Shown here: one piece after another, positions 34,909-56,947 of the stretch
Layout: every line of letters begins with the position of its first letter
How positions within the stretch are numbered: position 1 is the stretch's first letter
Assembly (NCBI GenBank): GCA_048013815.1
Contig: CM106585.1
Span: 14,260,001 to 14,324,000 of the forward strand
Length of the DNA stretch: 64,000 nt
Source: Setoptus koraiensis
Taxonomy: Eukaryota; Animalia; Arthropoda
Direction of reading: 5' to 3'
The notes under the pieces: generated by a model
Database searches by the model: none
What the model saw: only the letters and a program-made list of their open reading frames with translations
What the model was told of the DNA's origin: nothing
Program-made: the position numbers and the translations under genes

Positions 34909-37900
34909 ATGTTTGACAACGTTCGTGTCCGTTTTGATTTGGGCTGTAAAGTTATGCCGGGTATACTGGCGTTGGGGATGTTCGATGACTCCGGTTACTC
35001 AATCGTGGCAGTAGCAGCCAGTGGGGACAAGGTATTTTTCAATGAACATATATTTTTCATAGTGTAGAAACTTTCTGCTTATTTATCAACCAAGCAATTC
35101 ATATCATGTACTGACCCTTTATCTTTTTTCCGTCAACACAGCTTGTTATCCATAATGAGTCCAGCAAACAGCCGCTTGCTAGATACTTCAGCAAAAGATT
35201 GGAATTATCTCTGAAAGGGAACTCATCTAATAATTATCTCAGTGTGACAGATAAGGTGCGATCCCTATTGACTGTAAAGATGACAAACTTGCCGAGATTT
35301 CTTCAAACAAGCCCCGTCAATGAATATCGAGCAAGTGAAAATTCCGAATCAATGATTGAATCAGATTATAGCGATGCACCTAGGGATTTACTCATAATTG
35401 GCTGCAACTCAACTTTGCTAGTCTATGATGTCAAAATGAACTTCGATATTCATTACAAGAAGCTTACAACCTCAATTAATTCTTTGATAGAATTGGAAGG
35501 CACTTCGATCGAATCCAGGATGATAGTTTGCGGCACTTCAGACGGCCTTACATCTCTACAATTGGATCAATCGAGTGTAAACGATAACAGTTTAGCCACA
35601 TTCACATCAGCAGACAAAATACAGACTATGATAGCGGGTAAATTGTCTAGCAGAACAATTGTTATTACCGGATCGGAAAAAGGAAAGATAACAGTTTATG
35701 ATGTATTACCAAGCGGCAAACAACTCAACTTTTCAAGCAGGATATTCGTCGAAGAGGCCTCATCAATAATATGCTTGTGTGCTATACCTACCACCAAGTC
35801 ATCAGATCATTCGGATCTAATGCTTGATCATATTGCCTATGGTACAACTAATGGAATGATCGGTACACTGAGATTGATTCATTCAATGAATCAAAGCAAT
35901 GATCAAATTGATATTCTGATCGAAAGGCTATGGATGATAAAAACCAAAGATGAGCCCCTCTGCATGGTGTTATACGATATCGATGGAGACGGTTTCGATG
36001 AACTTATTGTAGGTCACAAAAATGGTCGCATTGAAGTGAGAGAAGTGTTTACGGGTGAGATAAAACATAAGATAAGACTAGAAAAAAATACAAAGTTGGC
36101 TGGTATGTGTGTATCCGACTATTGTCAAGATAATGTCAGCCTATTAATAACTTGTACCACTGACGGAATTGTCATTGGTTACCGTCCACGCGAACAAATG
36201 CCAAGACAAAAATTGATAAACTACATTGCTCAACCCAATTCAGGTAATCGAACTTATCTGAATGCTGCTGATGATCGAAAGACAAATAATGTGAGAGGTT
36301 TGAGAATATTTGATTCTGCAGTAGACATTCTGGAAAATGAACTTGGCCCATATAATGATGCCAGTTTTAGCGAGAGTTTCAGTGAAAATCAAAATCATAC
36401 TCTGTTGGAGTCACTAAGAAAACGGCTCATCATTCATGAAAAGCTTAAAGCACAAACAAAAGAACTTGGTGTTAGATTGCAAGATGGACTGGATTTAAAC
36501 TCTAGACGAGATCTCTTTATGTTGAATCAAAAAATCTATACGCATGTAGCACACGATATTTCAGATGTAGGTACTAATTATAATCTAGCTGATACTAATG
36601 CCCAAATAGATAGTTTCAATTTATCATTTTATCATCTAACTTATGAATTTGCCAATTGATTGCTGCAATCAGTCATCCATAGCGCTGACAGTTTCCATAA
36701 GATCCAATATGTTTGGATTTAAGCTGTTGTTGCTGAAAGACGAAACGAGAAACCTTCTAACGGATGGTTATATGATTGCTGTTGCACCGGATTCCAATGA
36801 GTTGATGCACGAAATGGAAACGAAAATCAGAATGAAAGACGATATCGAAAGTAACTTGGACATCACTATTGTGGCTGAATCCAAAAGAGACAACCATGGT
36901 GGTCAGAATGAAAATTTTTGTATGTCTAAGAATTTTCTCTTACCTGCCTTCTCCATGTACGCCTTGTTTCCTATAGGCCAAGATTGGCCCAATACAGAGA
37001 GACTGGGTGTCATCATCAATTTGCCAAATACTAATTATCAGCAGGTAAGCAAAATTCATAGATCTAATATTATTTAGCCAAAAATGTTCTCCAGAATATT
37101 TAGTATAATGTTGTTTGTCTCACCCACCATTTGCCTAGATCTGGAAATGGATGGAGAACAAATTTCTCTGTCTGCAAATTCTTGCAAAGCGCCCCCAAGA
37201 AGAACTTTACGAATTCATGAATCATATATTACATCCGGACAATAACATTGACCTTCGTTTGATTGATCTGAAGAGTAAAATTTCAAAATGGTCCGAAAAA
37301 GGCAAAAACTCGTCCATTGCTATAGAGAAGAGGAAAAACTACAAGGCTACTGACAAAGATACAAGTGATATATGCGTTTCTAGGATTGAATTCCATTCAC
37401 GATCTAACGAATTGTCTATAGAGTCTGAGTCGATAGATTTTCTATCTAATGTAGTAAAATCATTAGTTATAGATTATCTCAATTGCGATAATTACAACTC
37501 TAGGTCAAACATTCATTCTGTATCTTTAGATTTAAACGAAAAGACCTTGCTAGCAGAGCAGTATGAAGAAACGGATAACAAAATTATGACTGAATTCGCT
37601 GAGAACTCCAAAAACTTGCAATCTCTAGGCGAACAGCTCGACATGGCCAACAATCTGTTTGAATTGTAAGTGACTACCTATTACCATATCCCACACAAAT
37701 AATTACTCGGCTGAGATAGATACACGTACGATAGATTGAACTAATTCTCGTTTTCTCATATACACAAGTCAAACATCCAAGGGAATTCTCAGCGATCTAA
37801 TGAAGATGCGCAACGATGTTGCCAAACTTGCCAAGATAAGAACTACCAATTATCGCAAACAACAGGATATCAAGAGTCAGATCAGGCAACTGAGCCAGCA

Positions 37901-37931
37901 GGTATCTATCATCAACAATTGGCCCCAATAG
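34909..37931 (+). CDS. BBS2: Bardet-Biedl syndrome 2 (BBSome subunit); exons 34909..35031, 35142..36566, 36673..37044, 37139..37665, 37769..~37931
   Basis: GDK|LVIHN, LLIIGCNSTLLVYDV, IAYGTTNG, WMIKTK, YDIDGDGFDELIVGHKNGRIEVR..TGE and LITCTTDG.V.GY align with BBS2 motifs as I recall them. Four GT-AG introns of 94-110 nt. The 3' end is uncertain. Confidence 0.85.
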
Positions 37932-38209
37932 ACGTCGTAAATGAATGATTTAAAAATGTATTTATAATCGGATAAGCACAGAACATTTGTGAATATCGGA
38001 AGTTGGCAAAGTGAGTTGTTGAGAGATATGGTTGTTATGTTGGATCTAGTGTTGCGTCAACGGTAAAATTTTACTTTATTGTAAATGCGATCCATCTATG
38101 ATCGACAAAGCAAATGTAACAACAACCATCAATTAACACAATAATTAAGTCAACGGATATGATCATTGGTGTGTGAGTAGGACGTGTGAATTTGTGCTTG
38201 TATATAGTT

Positions 38210-38226
38210 TGTGTGTGTGTGTGTGT
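38210..38226 (+). repeat. (TG)n microsatellite
   Basis: Direct reading; between the BBS2 and Mhc 3' ends. Confidence 0.85.
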
Positions 38227-38666
38227 AATAGAGATAGCTTTGTATGTTTATAGTGTTCAGCTCATCGTGTTTTGATTGACCTAATTATTATATTTAATCA
38301 ATAATTGTCATAATTGTTGAACTCTGAAACGATCATTTGACACTGATCGACTTGTTGCATACTGTTGCGTAAGTAGGTTGTTTGGTTAACATGACAGTAG
38401 TCCTCTTCATATACAAATGAGTAGTAGTAGTACATATAATCAGTATCTGTTTAACTGTGGCCAAACTGCACCAATTATGCCAACAACACATCTTGATATT
38501 TTTGTTTTTGTCTCATTGTTTATAATACTTTTGTTCTTTTTATATATGACCAAAGGTGCGCGCGCTAAATAGATATTTGTTTGTGGTGTTTAAAGTTAGT
38601 GTAGACAATGCTCTTTGTTTGTTGTTGTTGTTGTTGTCATAGCTATAGTTGTTGTTGTTCCATTAT

Positions 38667-49142
<10,476 letters not shown>

Positions 49143-50270
49143 TTTGATTTAAATATAATTTATTGATTACTATCTTGATGATTTTCAATGTTTCTTAATT
49201 CTTTCTTTCCGTTGACGCAATTATAATAATAATAACAATAGTTAATATATAATAAGAATAACTTTGATTAAATTGATGATGATAATAATAATAAGTTAGC
49301 TATCTCTATATAAATGTATAAGTGTTTACATCGATGAACTGTAATATTTAGTAACAATTAGATTAGAATTAGCACTTTCACACGTGAATCCAATGATCAA
49401 ACAATTGAATCAATTGAGCACTAGCAGCTTGCTAAATCTCATCTATTTCTCATTTCTCGTCTCGTATCGTCACTAACTAACCTTCGCATAACATTACTGA
49501 AGTTTAGTACAAGCATAGAGCACTAGTGGTATGTGTTATTATTATGCAATGATACGCAAAATGTAAACACACATACTACATATCGTCTATTGTACGTAAT
49601 AAAACGTAACCAAACGTAAGAATATGACCCATATGAACTTTACCATATCAGGGTTCTGATATATGAGCATATAGTAGAGATGGAGGCAAGAATAGCAAGA
49701 TGTTTGTATGTTAAGTTATGCGATGCGTTGAGATGAGATAGGACGAGATGCGGTGTCTAGAAAAGTCATGTCATTGGTGAACAACAATAACTATACTATC
49801 TCTAGGAGAGGCTATATGAATTTGAGAAGAAATAGAGATAGCGAGCAAGCGAGTACATAGCGACTTTCGCGAGCAGTTAGGCCCACAACTAACAAACTAA
49901 AACGCTTTTCGTAGTTGAGCGTCAACGCAATTGATTCATAGAGATAGAGCCCTCACAGAGACTGCCACATAGTGTTTCCTCTGTGTGCTCTCCATTTTAG
50001 GATTCGAAGAGAATTTGGCTCAACTTAACATTATATATTATTATTTATCCTACTAGAACACCGCCAGTAGGATATGTATAAGTTGGCAGCAGCAGGATGA
50101 ACTTGAGCTGGAACGGCGACAGCACTAGCAACAGTAGCGATAGCGGCGGCTCTATCAAGATACTTCCTCCGTGCTGTTAGAGAGACTTAATGGAAAGAAA
50201 GGCGAATTTATCACGTCAAATAATTGACTTTTACTTATTTTAGTCAGTTAAATGCATTTTGCTTGGATTA

Positions 50271-50280
50271 CCTTATTTGG
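50271..50280. promoter_or_regulatory. CArG box (CCTTATTTGG, SRF site) upstream of Mhc
   Basis: Perfect CC(A/T)6GG about 1.1 kb upstream of the Mhc ATG. CATATG E-boxes lie nearby (~49630, ~50562). Confidence 0.4.
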
Positions 50281-51535
50281 ACTGTTGTTGGTGGCGCTGC
50301 AAATGGGGCTGCTAATTCTACTGCTGCTACTACAAACACGAATCTAGGTTAGAATATTTTTGAGAATGTTATTGTGTAGCAGATTTTGCATTATCGAAAC
50401 GGCCTAGCAAAGAAGCTGGAGACAACAGTCGGCAGCCTTGATAGTCTAAAGTCAAAGGCAAGGCTGCTGCTGTTGCTGTTGCGCTAGTGAGGATAAAAAA
50501 AAATTGTTTGCCGCCATGATCTAGCGTTTCGTCTGTCGCCTCAGCAAAATGACAATTGTTCCATATGTATAAATGATGTAGTCATGCTTTTAATTCTTTC
50601 CATCTCAATTCAGTTCAGCTGAGTCTTGTTCGAAAACTTGCTTATAAGACGAAATGCCACAATACGAATGCGATAAAAGAAAAGACAGAATGAAATAGAA
50701 TAGAGTTAACAATCAGTTTGTGACTAACAACAGACGAATATCCTTGTACTGATGGAACGACAGAGGAGTTTTTAGCGTTTATATGTGTATAAATCAAGTA
50801 TTTCACAGGGTTTTTCAGAAGCTGCTTGAGATTTATCGTGACGATACTTAATCCTATCAATCGCCACTGTTGAGATGCAATAAAATCACCATGCCCGAGG
50901 TTTTAGTTTGAGGACGATTGCTTGGGCTCCAAATGAAAACTCCTTCTGGGATGCTAATGGTAGTTTGAATGCCAGCAATCAAGATCAGATTTCTAAAATC
51001 GTGTCCAGAAACTGAACTCGATACAATCTATTGCCGTCGCTGGTTCGTCTTAATTGCACGCAGATTCCAATTTTGCACAAATTAGTGCTCACTCTCAAGT
51101 GTGTCTCTGGTGCAAGATCGCGCACCATTTCGGAAATATACAATCGCATAAGAACTTCGTAAAAACAGGAAAGAGACCTATCCTTTTCCTGTTTTTGAGG
51201 TACATCGAGGCCTCCAAACCCACTGTCTGGCTTGTCAGTTTTCGCGCATTCAAATTTACACTGCTAGTTGGCTTTCATCCAATTATTTCTCCATGGAATT
51301 CACTAGTCTCCCCCCTTCCCTGGAAAAAACTTTACACTTTCATTCAAAAAGCGCGCACTGTCTCACCTTCACCGAGTTTCAGCTGTTTGGAGGGTGACCG
51401 TCAGATTGGAATGAGTTCAAAAAACTCATTTCTTCCATGAAGGAGCATCTCAATTTAATTTAACGAATCCCTCTATTGAAATCTACATCTACTCATAGCA
51501 TACAATCTAAACAAACACAACATAGTGATTGTTTT

Positions 51536-52099
51536 ATGATGAGCGCCCCAATTCAACCTCATGCATCTGACAAATCCACATCGGCTGTTATGAATGTCGC
51601 CACAAACATGCAGCTTAGTGGTATGTTGTCCAAAACCGCTCCCGTCAACAACAAACCAAGTCTACAGCTAAGTGGTGCTCTAGCACAAGATACAAATACA
51701 TACAAGGGCGTAGTGATAAAATATAATGAACCATCGGAGGCAGCCAAACCTGACAAACGTTGGTTCTTGTTTCCATTCAAGGGAGAACAAACATTGGAGC
51801 AGATACCCATCTACAGACAAAGCGCCTACTTGCTGGGCAGGGCTCGTGCAGTGGCGGACATTCCCATCGACCATCCATCGTGTTCAAGTCAACATGCTGT
51901 CATACAATTCCGACGAATCAACAAAAACGTTGTACCTTACCTTATTGATTTGGAATCTTCAAATGGAACAAAATTGAACGGTGAACCATTAGATCCCCGC
52001 AGATATTATGAGTTAAGGGAAAAGGACGAAATATCATTTGGATTCAGCTCGCGACAGTACATTATACTAAATGAAAACTCCAAAGACGATCTCCAATGA
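51536..52099 (+). CDS. SNIP1: SNIP1/Pml1-like FHA-domain protein (RES splicing complex), ~187 aa, intronless
   Basis: LSGALAQDTNTYKGVVIKYNEP, RWFLFPFKG, QSAYLLGR, DHPSCSSQHAVIQFR, PYLIDLESSNGT and FGFSSRQY. The first in-frame ATG is at 51536. Confidence 0.92.
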   Translation: MMSAPIQPHASDKSTSAVMNVATNMQLSGMLSKTAPVNNKPSLQLSGALAQDTNTYKGVVIKYNEPSEAAKPDKRWFLFPFKGEQTLEQIPIYRQSAYLLGRARAVADIPIDHPSCSSQHAVIQFRRINKNVVPYLIDLESSNGTKLNGEPLDPRRYYELREKDEISFGFSSRQYIILNENSKDDLQ

Positions 52100-52135
52100 T
52101 GTGATTAACACTTTATTAGGTAATAATAATTTTTT

Positions 52136-55100
52136 TCAAAAATGAACAGGATGTTCCTGACCTAGCATGAGACGGTACAAGGATGTGAGGCAAGTTTTCA
52201 TGCGGATTTCGCCCACTGAACTGGCGAGTAAAGTTACTATCTTCTCGTGGGGAACGCCAACAACAGTTGTGCCATTGATTGACATGATTCTATGGCCCAC
52301 TCGGACACCTCCGCGTTCAGCAATTCCGCCTCTAAGCAGACTACATATCACTCCGTTCTGGACGCTGAACCCTAACTGGTATTTAGTATCAGGCCTCCTG
52401 ATCTTGACCTCTACTGTTATTGGGCACGGGACTATTGACAACTTGGCAACTGTTTGGTTTTTTGTCTTTCTAATATGCTCCTGACAATCTGCCAGCGGCA
52501 AACCAACAAGACTATTACCATTTATGGATAGAATTTGATCACCGATAGCTAGATTTTTGCATCGATAAGCTGGTCCATCTGGTTTGAGGTTTGCTATTAC
52601 AACCGTGGGAAGCATGGAACCCCATCCTGATTCTACTATACTTATACCTAGTATCTCATTCTTTTTCTTGGGCACAATAACCTCCCGCTGGTTCTTTCTG
52701 TTGGCAAACATTTCCAGTTCGTCGGTTGACATTTCTTGTGAATTTAGCACCTCTTGATAATCAACTTCTTTTGACAGGAACCCTGTATCCTCAATTCCGG
52801 AGGCCTTCAGAAATTCCATGTAAGCCAGTTGGAATGCATTATTCATTGATTGCGCTATCAATTGAGCCTCTTCTGACTCAAAAACGTGACAGATCATCTT
52901 AGCCGCTCTCCTTGTTTTAGAGTCATTCAAATCATTTGACAAATTCCTCCGCCTAGCCATGAGCACCAGAATTTCACCAATGTCGGCAATGTATGAGATA
53001 GTCCGCAGAGAATGGTCCATCATTATCTTCTTGTGTTTGTGGTCCAAAACCATAATCTTCTCTGTTGAAATAAATAGTTGTACCTCTGTGTGAGGTTGTG
53101 GCTCACCATCTTGGGCCGTATTTTTTACCTCAAAAACAGCCATCTCTGCTTGGTTCACTCTAGCTTGTTTACTCGACTGTCCGTCACACTCTAGTTGTGT
53201 GGATCCAAGATACTTAACCATAAACAATACTCCTTCAATAAGTACCTCTCTGGAATTGGTACTAGGTTTAGGCTTATCTCCCATCTGATGCTGAGTATCA
53301 CTAAGAATGTGATTATTGGGTAACTTTAATTGGTCGTTCCTCTGAGTTCCCAGCAACCTATCCGTTTCATTATCAGTATCACTACTGAATTGATTTGTCT
53401 TATTCTCTCGATGATCCTGATGGTGACTAGTTGAAGGTTGTTGGATACTCGTGGAAGGTTGTTGCTGCTGGCTGGACCAATCACCCATCAGATTTGACAC
53501 TCCATCGCTAGGAATGCCTCCATTAAAATCGCCATTGGTGTTCCTCAACATCTGATTCATCTGACCATCCAGAATGGGATTAATATTGTTATTGTTGGTA
53601 TTAGTGTTATTGTTTCCTATCAACGATTGCTGAGCCACCCTCCTCTTGCTGGATTCATTTTGTGGGTGCTGTAGCTTGCTTGCGATAGCTATATTATCTT
53701 GCCTTGTAGAAGGATTGTGCAAAGACGTTTGCTCAATGTCCGTATCATCGATATCGTTATCATCATCATCTTCATCATTATCAGCGTCATCAGCACATTC
53801 GTCATCATCATAAGGTTCATCATCGATTGATTCGGCGGGACTAGAGAGACCTTCTTCTACCCTAGGTAACATTAGAGCAGAATTGGCTATTTTTTCTTGG
53901 TCTTTTTCATCTTCCTTATCATCTACAACATTCAAATGATGATCTTGTTGATGGTTCCCTTGGTTGATTCCATTATTCGAGAATGATTGGATAGTCGATT
54001 GCGGTTGACGTCCGTTGTTACTCATCGCCATAGAGTTGTTGTTAGTACTTGGAATATTATTGCTGAGATCGGTGCTATTCATTGGAGGTTCATTCTGGTG
54101 GTAATCATGCACTATCATTTGATGTTGATTGCTAACCTTAGTTATGCCCGACACTTCGTTTTCATCTTGACCGCTCTCATTTTCGGACATGCAATGGAAA
54201 TGAGATAGCAACGGAGGTCCTTTATACGATTCAATGTTGTTTCCAGACTCGAGCAAATTTTTACCTCTCATAGACAAGGAACTACCGAAAAACAATCCTT
54301 CGGAGTGCTGCAGCGATGATCCTGCAGACGTTGCCAGATTGTTTGGTGGTGCTATGAAATCATGTACCCTTTCATGTAATAATACCAAAGAGTTTTTGGT
54401 GGCTACATTAGTTGCCCTATTATCATGTTCTGACTGCTGATTCTCTAAAGAAGGCTCTAAGTTGGCTGAGTTTTGGTTGGCACTGGGGTCAATTTTTTGT
54501 AAAAGTGAATTTTCTTCATCTCTTTTAGACGTAACCATTGAGTCATTGTCTAACAGGCTAGTTGATTGGCCCGACATGTGGGCTATGTGTGTAGGCGTCG
54601 TGCCTAGTTGATCAACATCGTCAGATTTTGAATTTAGTTGAATTTGTTTATCTTCTTCGATTATTGAAGGCAGTCTTCTAGTCATTGAGATGGTATTGCT
54701 AACGGAAATAGATTTATGCTGATTTACGGAATAATCTCTGGTCACATCTACTATCTTTGAGATTTCTCTTGGGTGCTGATCAGGAGGAAGGTGCTGATAT
54801 CGCATTGCTGTGTCCACCTGATGACATATCTGATAAGAATCAACAAGATTTGATGAAGTTTGATTGCACAAAGGCAAAGTATACTTTTGTGACTGATGAT
54901 CGATAAATTTGTCGATATTTTCAATCTCATCAATGCCGCTATTTACTGTTTTGAAATGTTCGTTATCACCTTTGTGTTGATCACTATCATCTATGCTCAA
55001 AATATCATTTTCCGGAACATCATGATGATTCAATTCGTCTCGAGATGCATCATCGAATTCCGAATCTTTTAATGATGATAAGTTGAGGAGATCAGTGATC

Positions 55101-56947
55101 GAATAAAGATCGTTGTTTGTATTCATCATCGAATTGGAAGCTCTTTTGTTTGCATCACTTATATGATTTACTGAAGCAGAACTGTCAGTATGATTTGTTG
55201 GCTGGGGTGCCGAATTGATTAGAGATTGCTTGCTCAATTGACTAGTATCGTGATTTGTGTCAATCTCGCGCTCATGATCAGTAGAATGTTGAGGAGAATA
55301 ACTAAGCAAATTAAATCGCGAATCGTTTGTATAATCGGATGGTCCGTTTGTTGTAGAGGTGGTACCAAGAGGTGTACGGGAGTCTTCAGATTTTTGCACA
55401 GTTATGACTCTTTGCGGGTAACCAGGACCTACACTTCGAGGTGTAGTTTTATTAGGTACTGATTCTCCGCATGGTAGTTGGCTAGGATTGGGCTGTTGAT
55501 CTAACTTATTGTTTCTTTGTAGCGACAAGCAAGTAGTCACTGTAGCAGATTTTGAATTCTCCAGCACCCTTTCATCTAGTTGACTTTCTGTGAATGATTG
55601 CGCATCAACAACTTCTATCTGGTTTGTGGAATTGTTGGCTAAATTCGAATTATTAGGAATGATTTGTTGATGACTCGGCGGGCATTCTATTTGAGCGTCG
55701 TGAGAGACACTCGTTAGAGGCTGTTGACTATTATTGATGGAATTATTGATGGAATTGTTGATGGAGGAGAGTACACTACCCATCATTGGACCATAAAGTT
55801 CCCTGTTGTTTGAGGAGGATGACTCCAAAAATGACAATTCTCTAGTTGGACTATGTATATTATCATACGAATCATCGTGCCTGTTGACCGCTAATTTAAT
55901 TGGCTCTTCAGAATTTTTCGCATCGTCGTAGACAAAAGAGATGTGGAGATATTTGTTTCCTGGAGAATTTGCTTCATTGCTAGATGAGTTGTTAGCATTC
56001 TTATCCAAATTTGCTGAAGACGAAATAGCACCAGTTGGACATTTTATGTCATAATCATAATTGTTTGTATCGCGAGATTCTATAATTGTGGATGCCTCAC
56101 CATTGGTATTATCATCGTGGATAATCAAGTTGTTATTAGTGGGTCGTGCGCGTTCAATGACATAATTGTAAGTGACAACCTGGGGCTCAACGGCAGAGTT
56201 ACCAGCCCCGCTAGAAACAGATAGATCTAAATCATTAGAATGACTTTTAGTGACTATAGAAGTAGTAGAATTCTTCTGAGAAGATAGATCGCTATCGCTT
56301 GCGGGAACTTTGGTTGTCTTTTGTGGTTGTTGTTGTGAATAATTGTGTATACTATTGAGATTGTTCTCCGTTTGAGAGTGATTTAGTACAGATGTGGCGA
56401 TATCCGTTTCATAACTATTGTATGATTGGATATTATTATTATCCAACATATCCTGACAGCTCTGTTGCTGTTGTTTGACATTGAAATTCACATTATGACT
56501 AGTTGCGGTTAGAATACCCGGCGGAATATTATTATTATTTATATTGGTGGTGGATGATGTGCATTGAACATTATTACTGTGCCTGGCTGGATGGTTTCTC
56601 TTGTGTGCATAACGTTTTCTATAGCTCGATGACGATCGCTCTGGCTCCTTATCATTGTAGTTCCTTTGTTGTTGCTGTTGTGGGTTATTGTTGTATCTAC
56701 CGCTCGCCAGTAATATCTCGCCCCCTGGCCTTGCAGTTTGCAAGTTATTTATAGATGTGCTAGATAACGAAGATATTACAGAGTGACTTTGTTGGCTGTT
56801 GGGCTCATTGATATTCAAAGCGGAATATTGACTTAGACTGGTTGGAAACGATGATTTTGTATTGACATTCTTATTAGTGTTTTCATTCTCGGATGAATCT
56901 GAAGAATTGTCGTTGTCCAGATGATTGGAATGATGTCTATGAGACAT
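52136..56947 (-). CDS. X11: X11/Mint (APBA/LIN-10) adaptor: long low-complexity N-terminus, PTB domain, tandem PDZ; 1603 aa, intronless
   Basis: PTB (EGVLFMVKYLGSTQL...MMDHSLRTISYIADIG...ICHVFESEEAQLIAQS), PDZ1 (ILGISIVESGWGSMLPTVVIANL) and PDZ2 (YQLGFSVQNGVICSLLRGGIAERGGVRVGHRI). Confidence 0.96.
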   Translation of the reverse strand: MSHRHHSNHLDNDNSSDSSENENTNKNVNTKSSFPTSLSQYSALNINEPNSQQSHSVISSLSSTSINNLQTARPGGEILLASGRYNNNPQQQQQRNYNDKEPERSSSSYRKRYAHKRNHPARHSNNVQCTSSTTNINNNNIPPGILTATSHNVNFNVKQQQQSCQDMLDNNNIQSYNSYETDIATSVLNHSQTENNLNSIHNYSQQQPQKTTKVPASDSDLSSQKNSTTSIVTKSHSNDLDLSVSSGAGNSAVEPQVVTYNYVIERARPTNNNLIIHDDNTNGEASTIIESRDTNNYDYDIKCPTGAISSSANLDKNANNSSSNEANSPGNKYLHISFVYDDAKNSEEPIKLAVNRHDDSYDNIHSPTRELSFLESSSSNNRELYGPMMGSVLSSINNSINNSINNSQQPLTSVSHDAQIECPPSHQQIIPNNSNLANNSTNQIEVVDAQSFTESQLDERVLENSKSATVTTCLSLQRNNKLDQQPNPSQLPCGESVPNKTTPRSVGPGYPQRVITVQKSEDSRTPLGTTSTTNGPSDYTNDSRFNLLSYSPQHSTDHEREIDTNHDTSQLSKQSLINSAPQPTNHTDSSASVNHISDANKRASNSMMNTNNDLYSITDLLNLSSLKDSEFDDASRDELNHHDVPENDILSIDDSDQHKGDNEHFKTVNSGIDEIENIDKFIDHQSQKYTLPLCNQTSSNLVDSYQICHQVDTAMRYQHLPPDQHPREISKIVDVTRDYSVNQHKSISVSNTISMTRRLPSIIEEDKQIQLNSKSDDVDQLGTTPTHIAHMSGQSTSLLDNDSMVTSKRDEENSLLQKIDPSANQNSANLEPSLENQQSEHDNRATNVATKNSLVLLHERVHDFIAPPNNLATSAGSSLQHSEGLFFGSSLSMRGKNLLESGNNIESYKGPPLLSHFHCMSENESGQDENEVSGITKVSNQHQMIVHDYHQNEPPMNSTDLSNNIPSTNNNSMAMSNNGRQPQSTIQSFSNNGINQGNHQQDHHLNVVDDKEDEKDQEKIANSALMLPRVEEGLSSPAESIDDEPYDDDECADDADNDEDDDDNDIDDTDIEQTSLHNPSTRQDNIAIASKLQHPQNESSKRRVAQQSLIGNNNTNTNNNNINPILDGQMNQMLRNTNGDFNGGIPSDGVSNLMGDWSSQQQQPSTSIQQPSTSHHQDHRENKTNQFSSDTDNETDRLLGTQRNDQLKLPNNHILSDTQHQMGDKPKPSTNSREVLIEGVLFMVKYLGSTQLECDGQSSKQARVNQAEMAVFEVKNTAQDGEPQPHTEVQLFISTEKIMVLDHKHKKIMMDHSLRTISYIADIGEILVLMARRRNLSNDLNDSKTRRAAKMICHVFESEEAQLIAQSMNNAFQLAYMEFLKASGIEDTGFLSKEVDYQEVLNSQEMSTDELEMFANRKNQREVIVPKKKNEILGISIVESGWGSMLPTVVIANLKPDGPAYRCKNLAIGDQILSINGNSLVGLPLADCQEHIRKTKNQTVAKLSIVPCPITVEVKIRRPDTKYQLGFSVQNGVICSLLRGGIAERGGVRVGHRIMSINGTTVVGVPHEKIVTLLASSVGEIRMKTCLTSLYRLMLGQEHPVHF

